Below are positions 8,658 to 16,604 of a DNA stretch of 32,000 nt, one piece after another. The stretch lies in assembly GCA_001695645.1 (NCBI GenBank), contig LVZN01000067.1:1-32000 (forward strand). Direction: 5' to 3'. Numbering within the stretch: position 1 is the stretch's first letter; every line of letters begins with the position of its first letter. The notes below the pieces were generated by a model. It worked only from the letters and a program-made list of their open reading frames with translations. It did not search any database and was not told where the DNA came from. The stretch is from Erysipelotrichaceae bacterium MTC7 (GTDB taxonomy: Bacteria; Bacillota_I; Bacilli_A; Erysipelotrichales; Erysipelotrichaceae). The position numbers and the translations under genes were made by a program.

Positions 8658-9368
8658 ATGAAAATACGAAGTAAGTCAAGCCTGTTGGAAACACCTATTA
8701 ATGCACATGAACGATTGCTTGTTGGTGCACTATTAGCCATCGTTGGCGGATATTTGGATGCTTTTACCTATACTTGTCACGGTGGTGTGTTTGCCAATGC
8801 ACAAACGGGAAACATGGTCTTGTTGGCGGTGAATATGTTTGGTGCTAACCTCAAGGCTCCAATCAATTATCTTGCACCAATTCTTGCGTTTGCTGTAGGT
8901 GTTTTGTTGAGTGAATACCTCCATCGAAGACGACGCTTCTTCGGCGCGTTTTTGTGGCGTCAAGCGGTCTTGGTCATTGAGATGATTGTCATTTTACTGA
9001 TTGGCTTTATGCCAACTACATTTCCAAGTTTACCAATCAACGTTGCTATATCGCTGGTCACTGCAATGCAGATGAATAGTTTTCGTCGCGTCTTAAATCT
9101 TCCATATGCAACAACCGTAGCAACTGGAAATCTAAGAGCGATGATGGAAAATGTTGCGAAAGTCATATTTGACCATGATCGTAAAGCACTCACGCATGTG
9201 TTTCATTATGGGAGTATCATCGCTATGTTTGTACTTGGTGCAATTCTGGGGTTTCTCGTTTCAAAAGACCTACAAAATGCGGCAATCTTTTTAACCTTAC
9301 CGATATTTCTTGCATTGTTAATTATCATTCGTGATCATAAGAAGTTTGAAGGAGGCAGTGAGTTATGA
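8658..9368 (+). CDS. YoaK/DUF1275-family integral membrane protein
   Basis: Motif GGYLDAFTY...GVFANAQTGN and multiple TM segments typical of DUF1275. The track start TTG 8622 coincides with a -35 hexamer, so ATG 8658 is preferred. Confidence 0.7.
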   Translation: MKIRSKSSLLETPINAHERLLVGALLAIVGGYLDAFTYTCHGGVFANAQTGNMVLLAVNMFGANLKAPINYLAPILAFAVGVLLSEYLHRRRRFFGAFLWRQAVLVIEMIVILLIGFMPTTFPSLPINVAISLVTAMQMNSFRRVLNLPYATTVATGNLRAMMENVAKVIFDHDRKALTHVFHYGSIIAMFVLGAILGFLVSKDLQNAAIFLTLPIFLALLIIIRDHKKFEGGSEL

Positions 9369-9382
9369 GTAAATAAATCGCT

Positions 9383-9790
9383 GTGAAGGCCCTGCTTAAG
9401 AATCCAGATGGACAGTTTTTATGTCTACACAAAACAAAGGATGAGGCAATCGGTGATGCTTCAGATAGTTTGTATGATTTGCCTGGAGGTCGCAAGGAAG
9501 CAAAAGAAACAATGATGCAAGGTTTGTTTCGTGAAGTAGTTGAAGAAACCGGGATTCATATCCAAACTGAACAAGTCCAATGCGTATTGGATGAAACGGA
9601 AGTTACACGAAAAGATCAGAGTAAGCTGTATGTGTTTACGTATCTTGTACACATTGGTAAAGAAAAGGTGCAATTAAGTGAGGAACACGATGCATATGTA
9701 TGGGTTACAAAAGATTCACAAATGATAAATAAACTTCCCATATACATACAAAACTTGATACAATTAACGTATAAGAAAGATGGTGAATGA
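9383..9790 (+). CDS. Nudix hydrolase
   Basis: Complete Nudix box GX5EX7REUXEEXGU in GRKEAKETMMQGLFREVVEETGI. GTG start has a weak ribosome-binding context, so the start is uncertain. Confidence 0.8.
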   Translation: MKALLKNPDGQFLCLHKTKDEAIGDASDSLYDLPGGRKEAKETMMQGLFREVVEETGIHIQTEQVQCVLDETEVTRKDQSKLYVFTYLVHIGKEKVQLSEEHDAYVWVTKDSQMINKLPIYIQNLIQLTYKKDGE

Positions 9791-10145
9791 ATTGAAAGAA
9801 CAAATAAAACAAGCAATTACGATACCTTTTGTATTATGTGTCGTATGTATTGCTCTTACATTTTACGGGTTACCTAGTATCATCAAAGACACGGGAAGTG
9901 GCATGATGGTATTGATGGCAGTGATGCCAATTTTAGTGTTTATCTTTGCTGCGGCAAATGGATATCTAGCAAGAAGCATCATGAGTAGCTTATTTTTTGC
10001 TTTACTTGTCCTGGTTTTATTTATACCAGCAATCTTTATCTACTTTAATCAAACAGCGTGGGTTTATGTGATTGTGTATGCCTTAGTGGCGTTGGTAGCA
10101 GGTTTTGTAGCGTTTGCGATAAAGAAATACAACAATAAGAAGTGA
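9780..10145 (+). CDS. Small hydrophobic membrane protein (about 4 TM segments), unknown function
   Basis: 121 aa, four hydrophobic stretches, ends in a basic KKYNNKK tail. Overlaps the Nudix gene by 11 nt, suggesting coupling. No motif recognised. Confidence 0.55.
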   Translation: MVNELKEQIKQAITIPFVLCVVCIALTFYGLPSIIKDTGSGMMVLMAVMPILVFIFAAANGYLARSIMSSLFFALLVLVLFIPAIFIYFNQTAWVYVIVYALVALVAGFVAFAIKKYNNKK

Positions 10146-10152
10146 GGGTTTT

Positions 10153-10509
10153 ATGGTGAGTGAAAACATAGAAACTTATAAAGACTTTATAGTCTCAAAA
10201 AACGTAATGAATGGACAACCTGTGGGGTATACTTTGCGTGAAAAACAAGATGATGACACGTTGAGTGGATGGATTGTCTTATCAGTGAAAGATGATGAGA
10301 CCTATGTGAAAGATCCAAATAACTTTACAACAATAGATGCACAGACAATGGCTAACTATCAACCATTGTTGCTTGAGATTTATCACAGCGCTTATGGAAC
10401 AGAGTTAAACTGGCTGTACGATGAACAAGGTGTATTCTCAGGATTTTTTGACATCGCCAGCAACCAAGAAGTAAGTTTGGCGCACGTTCTTACTAGGGGA
10501 ATGCTCTAA
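10153..10509 (+). CDS. Small cytoplasmic protein of unknown function, possibly DUF2185/Imm33-like
   Basis: 118 aa, acidic. GAGGG SD 5 nt upstream. The DDDTLSGW segment recalls the D/E-SGW signature I associate with DUF2185. This is recollection only and needs an HMM search. Confidence 0.5.
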   Translation: MVSENIETYKDFIVSKNVMNGQPVGYTLREKQDDDTLSGWIVLSVKDDETYVKDPNNFTTIDAQTMANYQPLLLEIYHSAYGTELNWLYDEQGVFSGFFDIASNQEVSLAHVLTRGML

Positions 10510-10598
10510 GCTGCAATTAATTGCAATAAATCTCGTAATTTGCTAGTAATTCATGTATAATAAAGCATAGCGAATCAATGAAAAAACTTTGATTCTCA

Positions 10599-10627
10599 TT
10601 GACTTTTCGATATGTTTCGTGTAACAT
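10599..10627 (+). promoter_or_regulatory. Sigma-A type promoter of the rplU-prp-rpmA operon
   Basis: TTGACT (10599-10604), 17 nt spacer, TAACAT (10622-10627). Confidence 0.6.
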
Positions 10628-10633
10628 ATCAAT

Positions 10634-10726
10634 GTTGTTAGCTTCTTCGTGGCTTACAACCGCACTTCATAAGGTACAAAAGTATGCTTGCATCACCTTA
10701 CTTGGCGAGTCTTAACGAAAGAAGGA
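10634..10726 (+). promoter_or_regulatory. Structured 5' leader of rplU (candidate L21 ribosomal-protein leader)
   Basis: About 100-nt UTR between promoter and SD. Hairpin GTTGTTAGC / GCTTACAAC (10634-10660, one mismatch). Position matches the L21 leader known upstream of rplU in Bacillota. Not aligned to a covariance model. Confidence 0.4.
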
Positions 10727-10734
10727 GGTATATT

Positions 10735-11046
10735 ATGTACGCAATTATTGAAACAGGTGGAAAACAAATTAAAGTTGAAAAAGGACAATCTATTTTCGTT
10801 GAAAAATTAGATGTTAACGCAGGAGATAAAGTTACTTTTGATAAAGTAGTTTTAGTATCTGATAAAGCAACTAAAATTGGAACACCATATGTTGAAGGTG
10901 CAAAAGTTCAAGCAACTGTTGAAAAACAAGGTAAAGCTAAGAAAATTATCGTTTACAAATACAAAGCGAAAAAAGGTTCTTCTCACCGTAAACAAGGTCA
11001 CCGTCAACCATACACAAAATTAACTATCGATGCAATCGAAGGATAA
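10735..11046 (+). CDS. rplU: 50S ribosomal protein L21
   Basis: [15 protein letters not shown]-terminus. GAAGGAGG SD at 10721-10728. The track extension to 10684 lies in the leader. Confidence 0.97.
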   Translation: MYAIIETGGKQIKVEKGQSIFVEKLDVNAGDKVTFDKVVLVSDKATKIGTPYVEGAKVQATVEKQGKAKKIIVYKYKAKKGSSHRKQGHRQPYTKLTIDAIEG

Positions 11047-11049
11047 TTT

Positions 11050-11364
11050 ATGGTCAAGGTAAATATTGATACAAATGCTGGCCAAATTACAAAAGTTGTA
11101 ATTCAAGGTCATGCGGATAGTGCAAAACATGGACAAGATCTGGTTTGTGCAGGTGTATCAAGCATTGCAGTAGGTGTATTGAATGCCTTACATGCAATGG
11201 ATGAAAACGCATGTTCATTAGAAATGAATGATGCATTCATCAAAATTGTTGTTATAAACAATACAGAGACGGTGCAAACCGTTCTGAAAACACTATACAT
11301 TCAACTTAAAACCATGGTTGAAAATTATAGTGCATATATTCAGATAACGAAAGAAGAGGTGTAA
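11050..11364 (+). CDS. prp: Ribosomal-processing cysteine protease Prp (YsxB family)
   Basis: 104 aa between rplU and rpm[21 protein letters not shown] contains the His/Cys dyad context of the Prp/DUF464 family. Confidence 0.9.
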   Translation: MVKVNIDTNAGQITKVVIQGHADSAKHGQDLVCAGVSSIAVGVLNALHAMDENACSLEMNDAFIKIVVINNTETVQTVLKTLYIQLKTMVENYSAYIQITKEEV

Positions 11365-11366
11365 TC

Positions 11367-11654
11367 ATGATGAAATTCAGTTTAGATATTCAATTATTCG
11401 CATCTAAAAAGGGAGTAGGTTCGACAAAAAACGGTCGTGACTCTCAATCTAAAAGATTAGGTGCAAAACTGGCAGATGGACAACATGCAAACGCTGGAGC
11501 TATTATCTACCGTCAACGTGGGACAAAAATTCACCCAGGTAAAAACGTTGGACGTGGGGGAGATGACACATTATTCGCTACAACTAGCGGCGTTGTGAAA
11601 TTCGAACGTTTAGGTAAAAAGAAAACTCAAGTTTCAGTTTATCCACAAGCATAG
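11367..11654 (+). CDS. rpmA: 50S ribosomal protein L27 with N-terminal propeptide
   Basis: [12 protein letters not shown]|[14 protein letters not shown]. The conserved L27 core follows the Prp cleavage motif (F-A|S-K-K). Confidence 0.97.
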   Translation: MMKFSLDIQLFASKKGVGSTKNGRDSQSKRLGAKLADGQHANAGAIIYRQRGTKIHPGKNVGRGGDDTLFATTSGVVKFERLGKKKTQVSVYPQA

Positions 11655-11660
11655 TTAAAT

Positions 11661-11692
11661 ATCCTCGCGCTAGTCGCGAGGATTTGTTTTTT
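11661..11692 (+). terminator. Intrinsic terminator after rpmA
   Basis: Perfect 9-bp stem ATCCTCGCG / CGCGAGGAT, loop CTAGT, then TTGTTTTTT. Confidence 0.85.
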
Positions 11693-11713
11693 AAAGTAAA
11701 GTGAGGTACATAT

Positions 11714-12997
11714 ATGCAATTTATAGATAGAGTTAAAATTAAGGTCAAAGCTGGTGATGGTGGAAAGGGTATGTCTTCTTTCCGTCGTGAAAAATATGTA
11801 CCATTTGGTGGACCTTCTGGTGGTGATGGTGGAAAAGGTGGCGACATCGTTTTCATGGTCGATGAAGGAAAATCAACACTTTTGGATTTGCGTTACAACC
11901 GTAAGGTAGTAGCACCAAACGGAGTGAATGGGAAAACCAAAAAAATGCATGGTGCGGTTGGTGAAGATGCAGTCATTAAAGTTCCCTTAGGAACGATTGT
12001 TAAGGATGCAGAAACTGGACGAATCCTTGCGGATTTAACCAGAAAAAATCAACGCGCGATCATCTGTAAAGGTGGAAAAGGTGGACGTGGAAACTTCCGT
12101 TTTAAAACCAGCAAAAATACTGCTCCTACCTATGCTGAAAAAGGTGGGTTAGGAGAAATCAAAGATGTTGAAGTGGAATTAAAAGTACTTGCTGATGTTG
12201 GTCTTGTTGGTTATCCTTCCGTTGGAAAATCAACGCTGTTGTCAGTTGTAAGTGCTGCAAAACCAGAAATAGCAGATTACCATTTCACAACAATTCAACC
12301 AAACTTAGGAATGGTACAAGTACCAGATGGACGTAGTTTCGTTATGGCGGATTTGCCAGGACTAATTGATGGTGCGGCACAAGGAAAGGGTCTAGGACAC
12401 CAATTCTTACGTCATATTGAACGTTGTCGTGTTATCATTCATGTGATTGATATGGGTGCACAAGATGGTCGTGATCCGGTCCAAGATTATGCAAACATCA
12501 ATAAGGAATTGGAAGAATATCAATATCGTTTATTGGAACGTCCACAAGTTGTTGTCGCTAACAAAATGGATTTAGATCCAGCCGAAGAAAATCTAGCCCG
12601 TTTTAAAGAAGCGTATCCAGATGTTGAAGTATTTCCGACGATGACGGCATTGGATGAAGGTCTTGAACCAATCTTATACAAAGCTGCTGATTTACTTGAG
12701 GTTACACCAGTCTTCCCACTGTACGATGAGGAAGAAAAAAGTGAAGGTGTCCTTTATAAATATGAAGGTGATAAACCTGCATTTAAAGTACATAACCTAG
12801 GAAACGGTCGTTGGAAGTTGACAGGTGAAGAAATCGAAACGGCATTTGCTATGGCTACACTAGACACAGATGAAGGGCAACAACGCTTCGCAAGAAAGAT
12901 GCGTGTCTTAGGTGTTGATTCTGCTTTACGTGAAGCAGGTGCAGTCGATGGTGATACGATTGAACTAGCAGAATTCGAGTTTGAATTCGTCGAATAA
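11714..12997 (+). CDS. obg: GTPase Obg/CgtA
   Basis: 427 aa. Gly-rich Obg fold (AGDGGKG, GGDGGKGG, GGKGGRGN), G domain (GYPSVGKST, DLPGLI, NKMD) and C-terminal OCT domain. Confidence 0.97.
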   Translation: MQFIDRVKIKVKAGDGGKGMSSFRREKYVPFGGPSGGDGGKGGDIVFMVDEGKSTLLDLRYNRKVVAPNGVNGKTKKMHGAVGEDAVIKVPLGTIVKDAETGRILADLTRKNQRAIICKGGKGGRGNFRFKTSKNTAPTYAEKGGLGEIKDVEVELKVLADVGLVGYPSVGKSTLLSVVSAAKPEIADYHFTTIQPNLGMVQVPDGRSFVMADLPGLIDGAAQGKGLGHQFLRHIERCRVIIHVIDMGAQDGRDPVQDYANINKELEEYQYRLLERPQVVVANKMDLDPAEENLARFKEAYPDVEVFPTMTALDEGLEPILYKAADLLEVTPVFPLYDEEEKSEGVLYKYEGDKPAFKVHNLGNGRWKLTGEEIETAFAMATLDTDEGQQRFARKMRVLGVDSALREAGAVDGDTIELAEFEFEFVE

Positions 12998-13005
12998 ATG
13001 AATAC

Positions 13006-13040
13006 AAGCATCTTTAGAATCACATCAAAGGATGCTTTTT
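13006..13040 (+). terminator. Intrinsic terminator after obg
   Basis: AAGCATCTTT / AAAGGATGCTT stem with one bulge, 11-nt loop, then TTTTT. Confidence 0.7.
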
Positions 13041-13100
13041 ATATGAGATACAAGCGTGAAAAATGGATGCTTGCTATGTCGTGCATGTTATGGGGGAATT

Positions 13101-14459
13101 ATGAGTAGAGTAAAAGATATGACAAGTGGAAATCCACTGCATTTGATGGTGGGATTTGCGATTCCACTCATACTAGGAAATTTAGGTCAACAATTGTATA
13201 TGATTGTGGATACCATTATTGTGGGTCAAGGGGTTGGTGTAAAGGCTTTGGCCTCGTTAGGTGCAACCGATTGGACGTATTGGTTATTTTTGTGGATGGT
13301 GCAAGCTATTACGCAAGGATGTTCCATTCGTGTTACACAAGATTTTGGTTCAAAAGACTATTCACAACTGCGCAAATCGATTGCCATGTCGGTTCGCATC
13401 TGTTTCGTTGCAGGTGTTGGGGTAACAATGCTTGGTCTGCTGCTAGGAAAACCACTTTTGGTCTTGTTGCAAACACCAGAGAATTTGATGAATGGTGCAC
13501 TTACGTATTTTTATTTAATGATTGGTGGAATTATCATTAGTGTCTGCTACAACATGAGTGCAGCGATTCTTCGCTCGTTTGGTGATGGAAAAACGCCACT
13601 GGTAGCTATGGGTATTGCAGCGCTTGTAAACATTGCTTTGGATTTACTGTTTGTAATGGTCTTTCATTGGGGAATTGCTGGTGCAGCTATTGCAACACTT
13701 ATTGCACAGGCACTATCGTTCTTGTACTGTTTCCATGTTTTACGCAAACTTGATTTCTTGCAGTTTGAAAAAAGTGATTGGGCAAATGATACCAAACGTG
13801 TTAAAGAGTTGGTAAAACTTGGGACCCCGTTGATGTTTCAAAATATGGTAATTGCAGGTGGTGGAATGGTACTGCAGTCCGTAATTAATAAATATGGCAT
13901 TATCTTTGTTGCTGGTTTTACAGCAACAAATAAACTGTATGGTTTACTTGAAACTTCAGCGATTAGTTTTGGCTATGCGACGACAACCTATACTGCGCAA
14001 AACTGGGGAGCAAAAAAGATTCAACGAATTGTTGATGGGTTAAAAACAGCAACAAAGCTATCATTGATTATTTCTGTAGTTGTTGGGTTATCCTTAATCG
14101 GTGTTGGACGTCAGTTGCTGACATTGTTTATAGCAAGCGAATCCTATGCCAATCAAGTTTTGGATGTTGCATATAAATATTTGTTTGTGATGTCCATCTT
14201 TTTACCAGCCTTGTATTTGTTGTATACTTACCGTTGTACTTTACAAGGTTTAGGAAATACGGTTGCACCGATGATTTCTGGATTTATCGAGTTTTTCATG
14301 CGTGTGATTGCTGCTTTGATTTTTCCTTTGGCGATTGGAAGTACGGGGATTTTCTATGCAGAAGTAACAGCGTGGGTAGGTGCAATGATTTATTTGATGA
14401 TTAGTTGTTTAGCAAGTATCAAACAAATTCAAGAACAAGTCATCGAAAATGCATCATGA
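13101..14459 (+). CDS. MATE-family efflux transporter
   Basis: About 450 aa, polytopic. N-terminal GNPLHLMVGFAIPLILGNLGQQLY...VDTIIVGQ pattern typical of MATE/DinF-type exporters. ATG 13101 is preceded by a GGGGGA SD. The track start 13056 is less likely. Confidence 0.85.
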   Translation: MSRVKDMTSGNPLHLMVGFAIPLILGNLGQQLYMIVDTIIVGQGVGVKALASLGATDWTYWLFLWMVQAITQGCSIRVTQDFGSKDYSQLRKSIAMSVRICFVAGVGVTMLGLLLGKPLLVLLQTPENLMNGALTYFYLMIGGIIISVCYNMSAAILRSFGDGKTPLVAMGIAALVNIALDLLFVMVFHWGIAGAAIATLIAQALSFLYCFHVLRKLDFLQFEKSDWANDTKRVKELVKLGTPLMFQNMVIAGGGMVLQSVINKYGIIFVAGFTATNKLYGLLETSAISFGYATTTYTAQNWGAKKIQRIVDGLKTATKLSLIISVVVGLSLIGVGRQLLTLFIASESYANQVLDVAYKYLFVMSIFLPALYLLYTYRCTLQGLGNTVAPMISGFIEFFMRVIAALIFPLAIGSTGIFYAEVTAWVGAMIYLMISCLASIKQIQEQVIENAS

Positions 14460-14463
14460 TAAA

Positions 14464-14501
14464 ACAAAAGATTCTGTTTAAATTGCAGAATCTTTTGTTG
14501 T
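14464..14501 (+). terminator. Intrinsic terminator after the MATE gene
   Basis: Perfect 13-bp stem ACAAAAGATTCTG / CAGAATCTTTTGT with 9-nt loop and T-rich 3' side. Confidence 0.8.
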
Positions 14502-14538
14502 AATAAGTGTATCTATTTCTTTCAGCATTTTTAAATTG

Positions 14539-14547
14539 TGATATAAT
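14539..14547 (+). promoter_or_regulatory. Extended -10 promoter element directly abutting the ybeY start codon
   Basis: TGaTATAAT at 14539-14547. Only 6 nt (ATCCCC) separate it from ATG 14554. No SD. Confidence 0.5.
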
Positions 14548-14553
14548 ATCCCC

Positions 14554-15003
14554 ATGAGTGTACATATAGAAAATCAATACGATTTCACCTTTGAATTTCA
14601 AAAGGAATTTGATGAAATCTACAAACGAACAAAAGAAGTATTAAAGAAACCTGAACACTATGTCGTTAGTGTTATTTTTGTGGATGACAAAAAAATCCAC
14701 GAGATTAATAACACGTATCGTCATATGGATCGACCAACGGATGTCATCAGTTTTGCATTGCTCGATGATCCGGATTTTATGCTTCCAGAAATGGAAGAAA
14801 TTGAGCTTGGAGATATCTTTATTAGCATCGATACATGCAAAGAACAAGCGATTGCATATGGACATAGTTTTAAACGTGAATTATGTTTCTTATTTACCCA
14901 TGGGTTATTGCACTTGTTTGGCTATGACCACATGAATGAAGCAGATGAAAAAGTTATGTTTGCATTGCAAAAGGAGATCCTTGATGAAATTGTGGGTGGA
15001 TAA
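14554..15003 (+). CDS. ybeY: rRNA maturation endoribonuclease YbeY
   Basis: 149 aa. Zinc-binding motif HGLLHLFGYDH. Confidence 0.95.
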   Translation: MSVHIENQYDFTFEFQKEFDEIYKRTKEVLKKPEHYVVSVIFVDDKKIHEINNTYRHMDRPTDVISFALLDDPDFMLPEMEEIELGDIFISIDTCKEQAIAYGHSFKRELCFLFTHGLLHLFGYDHMNEADEKVMFALQKEILDEIVGG

Positions 15004-15325
15004 ATTTAAAAACGCATTTCGTGGATTTGTGTTACTTATTCGTGACTTTAGCGTCAAGATTCAACTTGTTTTGTTGGTCATTGCATGTCTCTTTTTTATG
15101 TATCTAGGGATAAGTGCAACAGAATGGATAGCGGTGGTTCTTTGTTTCGCACTTGTTATCGTTGCAGAAATGGTGAATACAGTGATTGAAAAAACATTGG
15201 ATTACATACAACCAAAGCAAGATGCCAAAATTCGCAACCTTAAAGATATGGGGGCGGGTTTTGTTTTGACAGCTTGCTTATTTGCGATTGTTGTCGCATG
15301 TATAATTATTGGAGGAAATATATAA
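14984..15325 (+). CDS. dgkA: Diacylglycerol kinase family protein (undecaprenol kinase type in Gram-positives)
   Basis: Small 3-TM protein with AEMVNTVIEKTLD (E-x-x-N-T-x-IE motif). AAGGAG SD at 14971-14976 serves ATG 14984. Overlaps the ybeY end by 20 nt. Confidence 0.9.
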   Translation: MKLWVDKFKNAFRGFVLLIRDFSVKIQLVLLVIACLFFMYLGISATEWIAVVLCFALVIVAEMVNTVIEKTLDYIQPKQDAKIRNLKDMGAGFVLTACLFAIVVACIIIGGNI

Positions 15326-15711
15326 TGGAGAAAATTATTGAACAAACAAGAGAATATTTAAAAAATGCATATGTGCCATATTCAAACTTTAGGGTTGCGG
15401 CTTGTGTGGAAACAAAGGACCAACTATATTTTGGTGCAAACATTGAAAATGCGAGTTATGGATTAAGTAACTGTGGGGAACGCAGTGCTTTGTTTTATGC
15501 GTATTCTCATGGTGTGCGTAAAGAAGATATTAAAGCTATTTATGTCGTAACAACAGCAGACACGATCACAACACCATGTGGAGCATGTCGTCAAGTTATG
15601 GCTGAATTGATGCCACGTGATGCGAAAGTAATTCTTGCTAACGATGATGAAACACAAACCTATACAGTTGAAGGTTTACTACCACACGCTTTCGATGCGG
15701 AGAGTATGTAA
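15325..15711 (+). CDS. cdd: Cytidine deaminase
   Basis: Zinc motifs CGERSALF and PCGACRQVM. GGAGG SD. TAATG overlap with the dgkA stop. Confidence 0.95.
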   Translation: MEKIIEQTREYLKNAYVPYSNFRVAACVETKDQLYFGANIENASYGLSNCGERSALFYAYSHGVRKEDIKAIYVVTTADTITTPCGACRQVMAELMPRDAKVILANDDETQTYTVEGLLPHAFDAESM

Positions 15712-16604
15712 TGGATTTCAAGAGTGGGTTTGTTGCCATTATTGGACGCCCTAATTCAGGGAAGAGTACGTTATTAAATGCTATCATGCAAACAAAGTTG
15801 GCAATTGTATCAGATAAACCACAAACAACAAGAAATAACATTCTTGGAATTTTGAATACAGATGCATACCAAGTGGTATTTGTGGATACTCCAGGTGTAC
15901 ACAAACCGAAAACTGCACTAGGGCGCTCCATGAACAAAGGTGTATATTCATCTATGCAGGATGCAGATGTGATGTATCTTGTCGTTGATGTGACCAAGCC
16001 ATTTGGAAGTGGAGATGAATTCTTACTAGAACGTATCAAAAATACACATGCCAAGGTGTATCTTGTGTTGAATAAAGTCGATTTGATCACACGTGAACAA
16101 TTGATTGAAACACATGTGACATGGGCTAGTAAATTTGAGTTCAAAGAAGTCATCCCAATTAGTGCGAAAAACAGTGATAATATTGATGAACTATTGCAAG
16201 TGACAATTGCAGATTTACCTGAAGGCGTACAATTCTATCCAACGGATATGGTTAGTGATCGTTCAGACGATTTCCGTATCAAAGAAATCATACGTGAAAA
16301 GGTATTGTTCTATACACGTGAAGAGATACCTCATGGTGTTGCCGTAGTTATTGAAAATAAAGAAGAAGAGGATGGAATTCTTTACTTACAAGCACTGATC
16401 ATCTTTGAACGCAAAAGCCAAAAGGGAATTTTGATTGGTAAGCAGGGAAGTATGATTAAGAATATTCGTCTTGCAGCACAAAGAGAGTTAAAACAGTTGC
16501 TTGGAAAAAAAGTGACGTTGGAATTGTATGTGCGAATCGAAGAAAACTGGCGCAATAAAGAAAGTAAATTGAACGAACTCGGATACAAGGAGTACGATGA
16601 ATAA
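15711..16604 (+). CDS. era: GTPase Era
   Basis: 297 aa. GRPNSGKST, DTPG and NKVD G-motifs plus a C-terminal KH domain. TAATG overlap with the cdd stop. Confidence 0.97.
   Translation: MDFKSGFVAIIGRPNSGKSTLLNAIMQTKLAIVSDKPQTTRNNILGILNTDAYQVVFVDTPGVHKPKTALGRSMNKGVYSSMQDADVMYLVVDVTKPFGSGDEFLLERIKNTHAKVYLVLNKVDLITREQLIETHVTWASKFEFKEVIPISAKNSDNIDELLQVTIADLPEGVQFYPTDMVSDRSDDFRIKEIIREKVLFYTREEIPHGVAVVIENKEEEDGILYLQALIIFERKSQKGILIGKQGSMIKNIRLAAQRELKQLLGKKVTLELYVRIEENWRNKESKLNELGYKEYDE

Noticed and set aside
10684-10734. N-terminal extensions in the ORF track (rplU 10684, MATE 13056, dgkA 14936, cdd 15274, comEA 23525, rpsT 27237, flavodoxin-like 4132, yoaK-like 8622, tetR 31506)
   Set aside because: In most of these cases an internal ATG is preceded by a proper SD, and the conserved protein N-terminus starts there. 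The exceptions are the yoaK-like gene (ATG 8658, no SD, proposed as leaderless) and tetR (ATG 31488, no clear SD). The upstream extensions run through leaders, promoters or the preceding gene.
13011-13020. Third partial copy (TCTTTAGAAT) of the candidate regulator box
   Set aside because: It is a single 10-nt unit without a tandem partner. It forms part of the obg terminator stem-loop and is not upstream of a promoter. It is most likely chance.
13271-13540. 89-aa + strand ORF in an alternative frame of the MATE gene
   Set aside because: It is fully nested in a different frame of a well-supported transporter gene, with no independent signals.
15638-16153. 171-aa ORF on the minus strand
   Set aside because: It lies entirely antisense to the well-supported cdd/era genes, has no recognisable motif and a Ser/Thr/Cys/Asn-rich composition typical of antisense frames, and has no SD.
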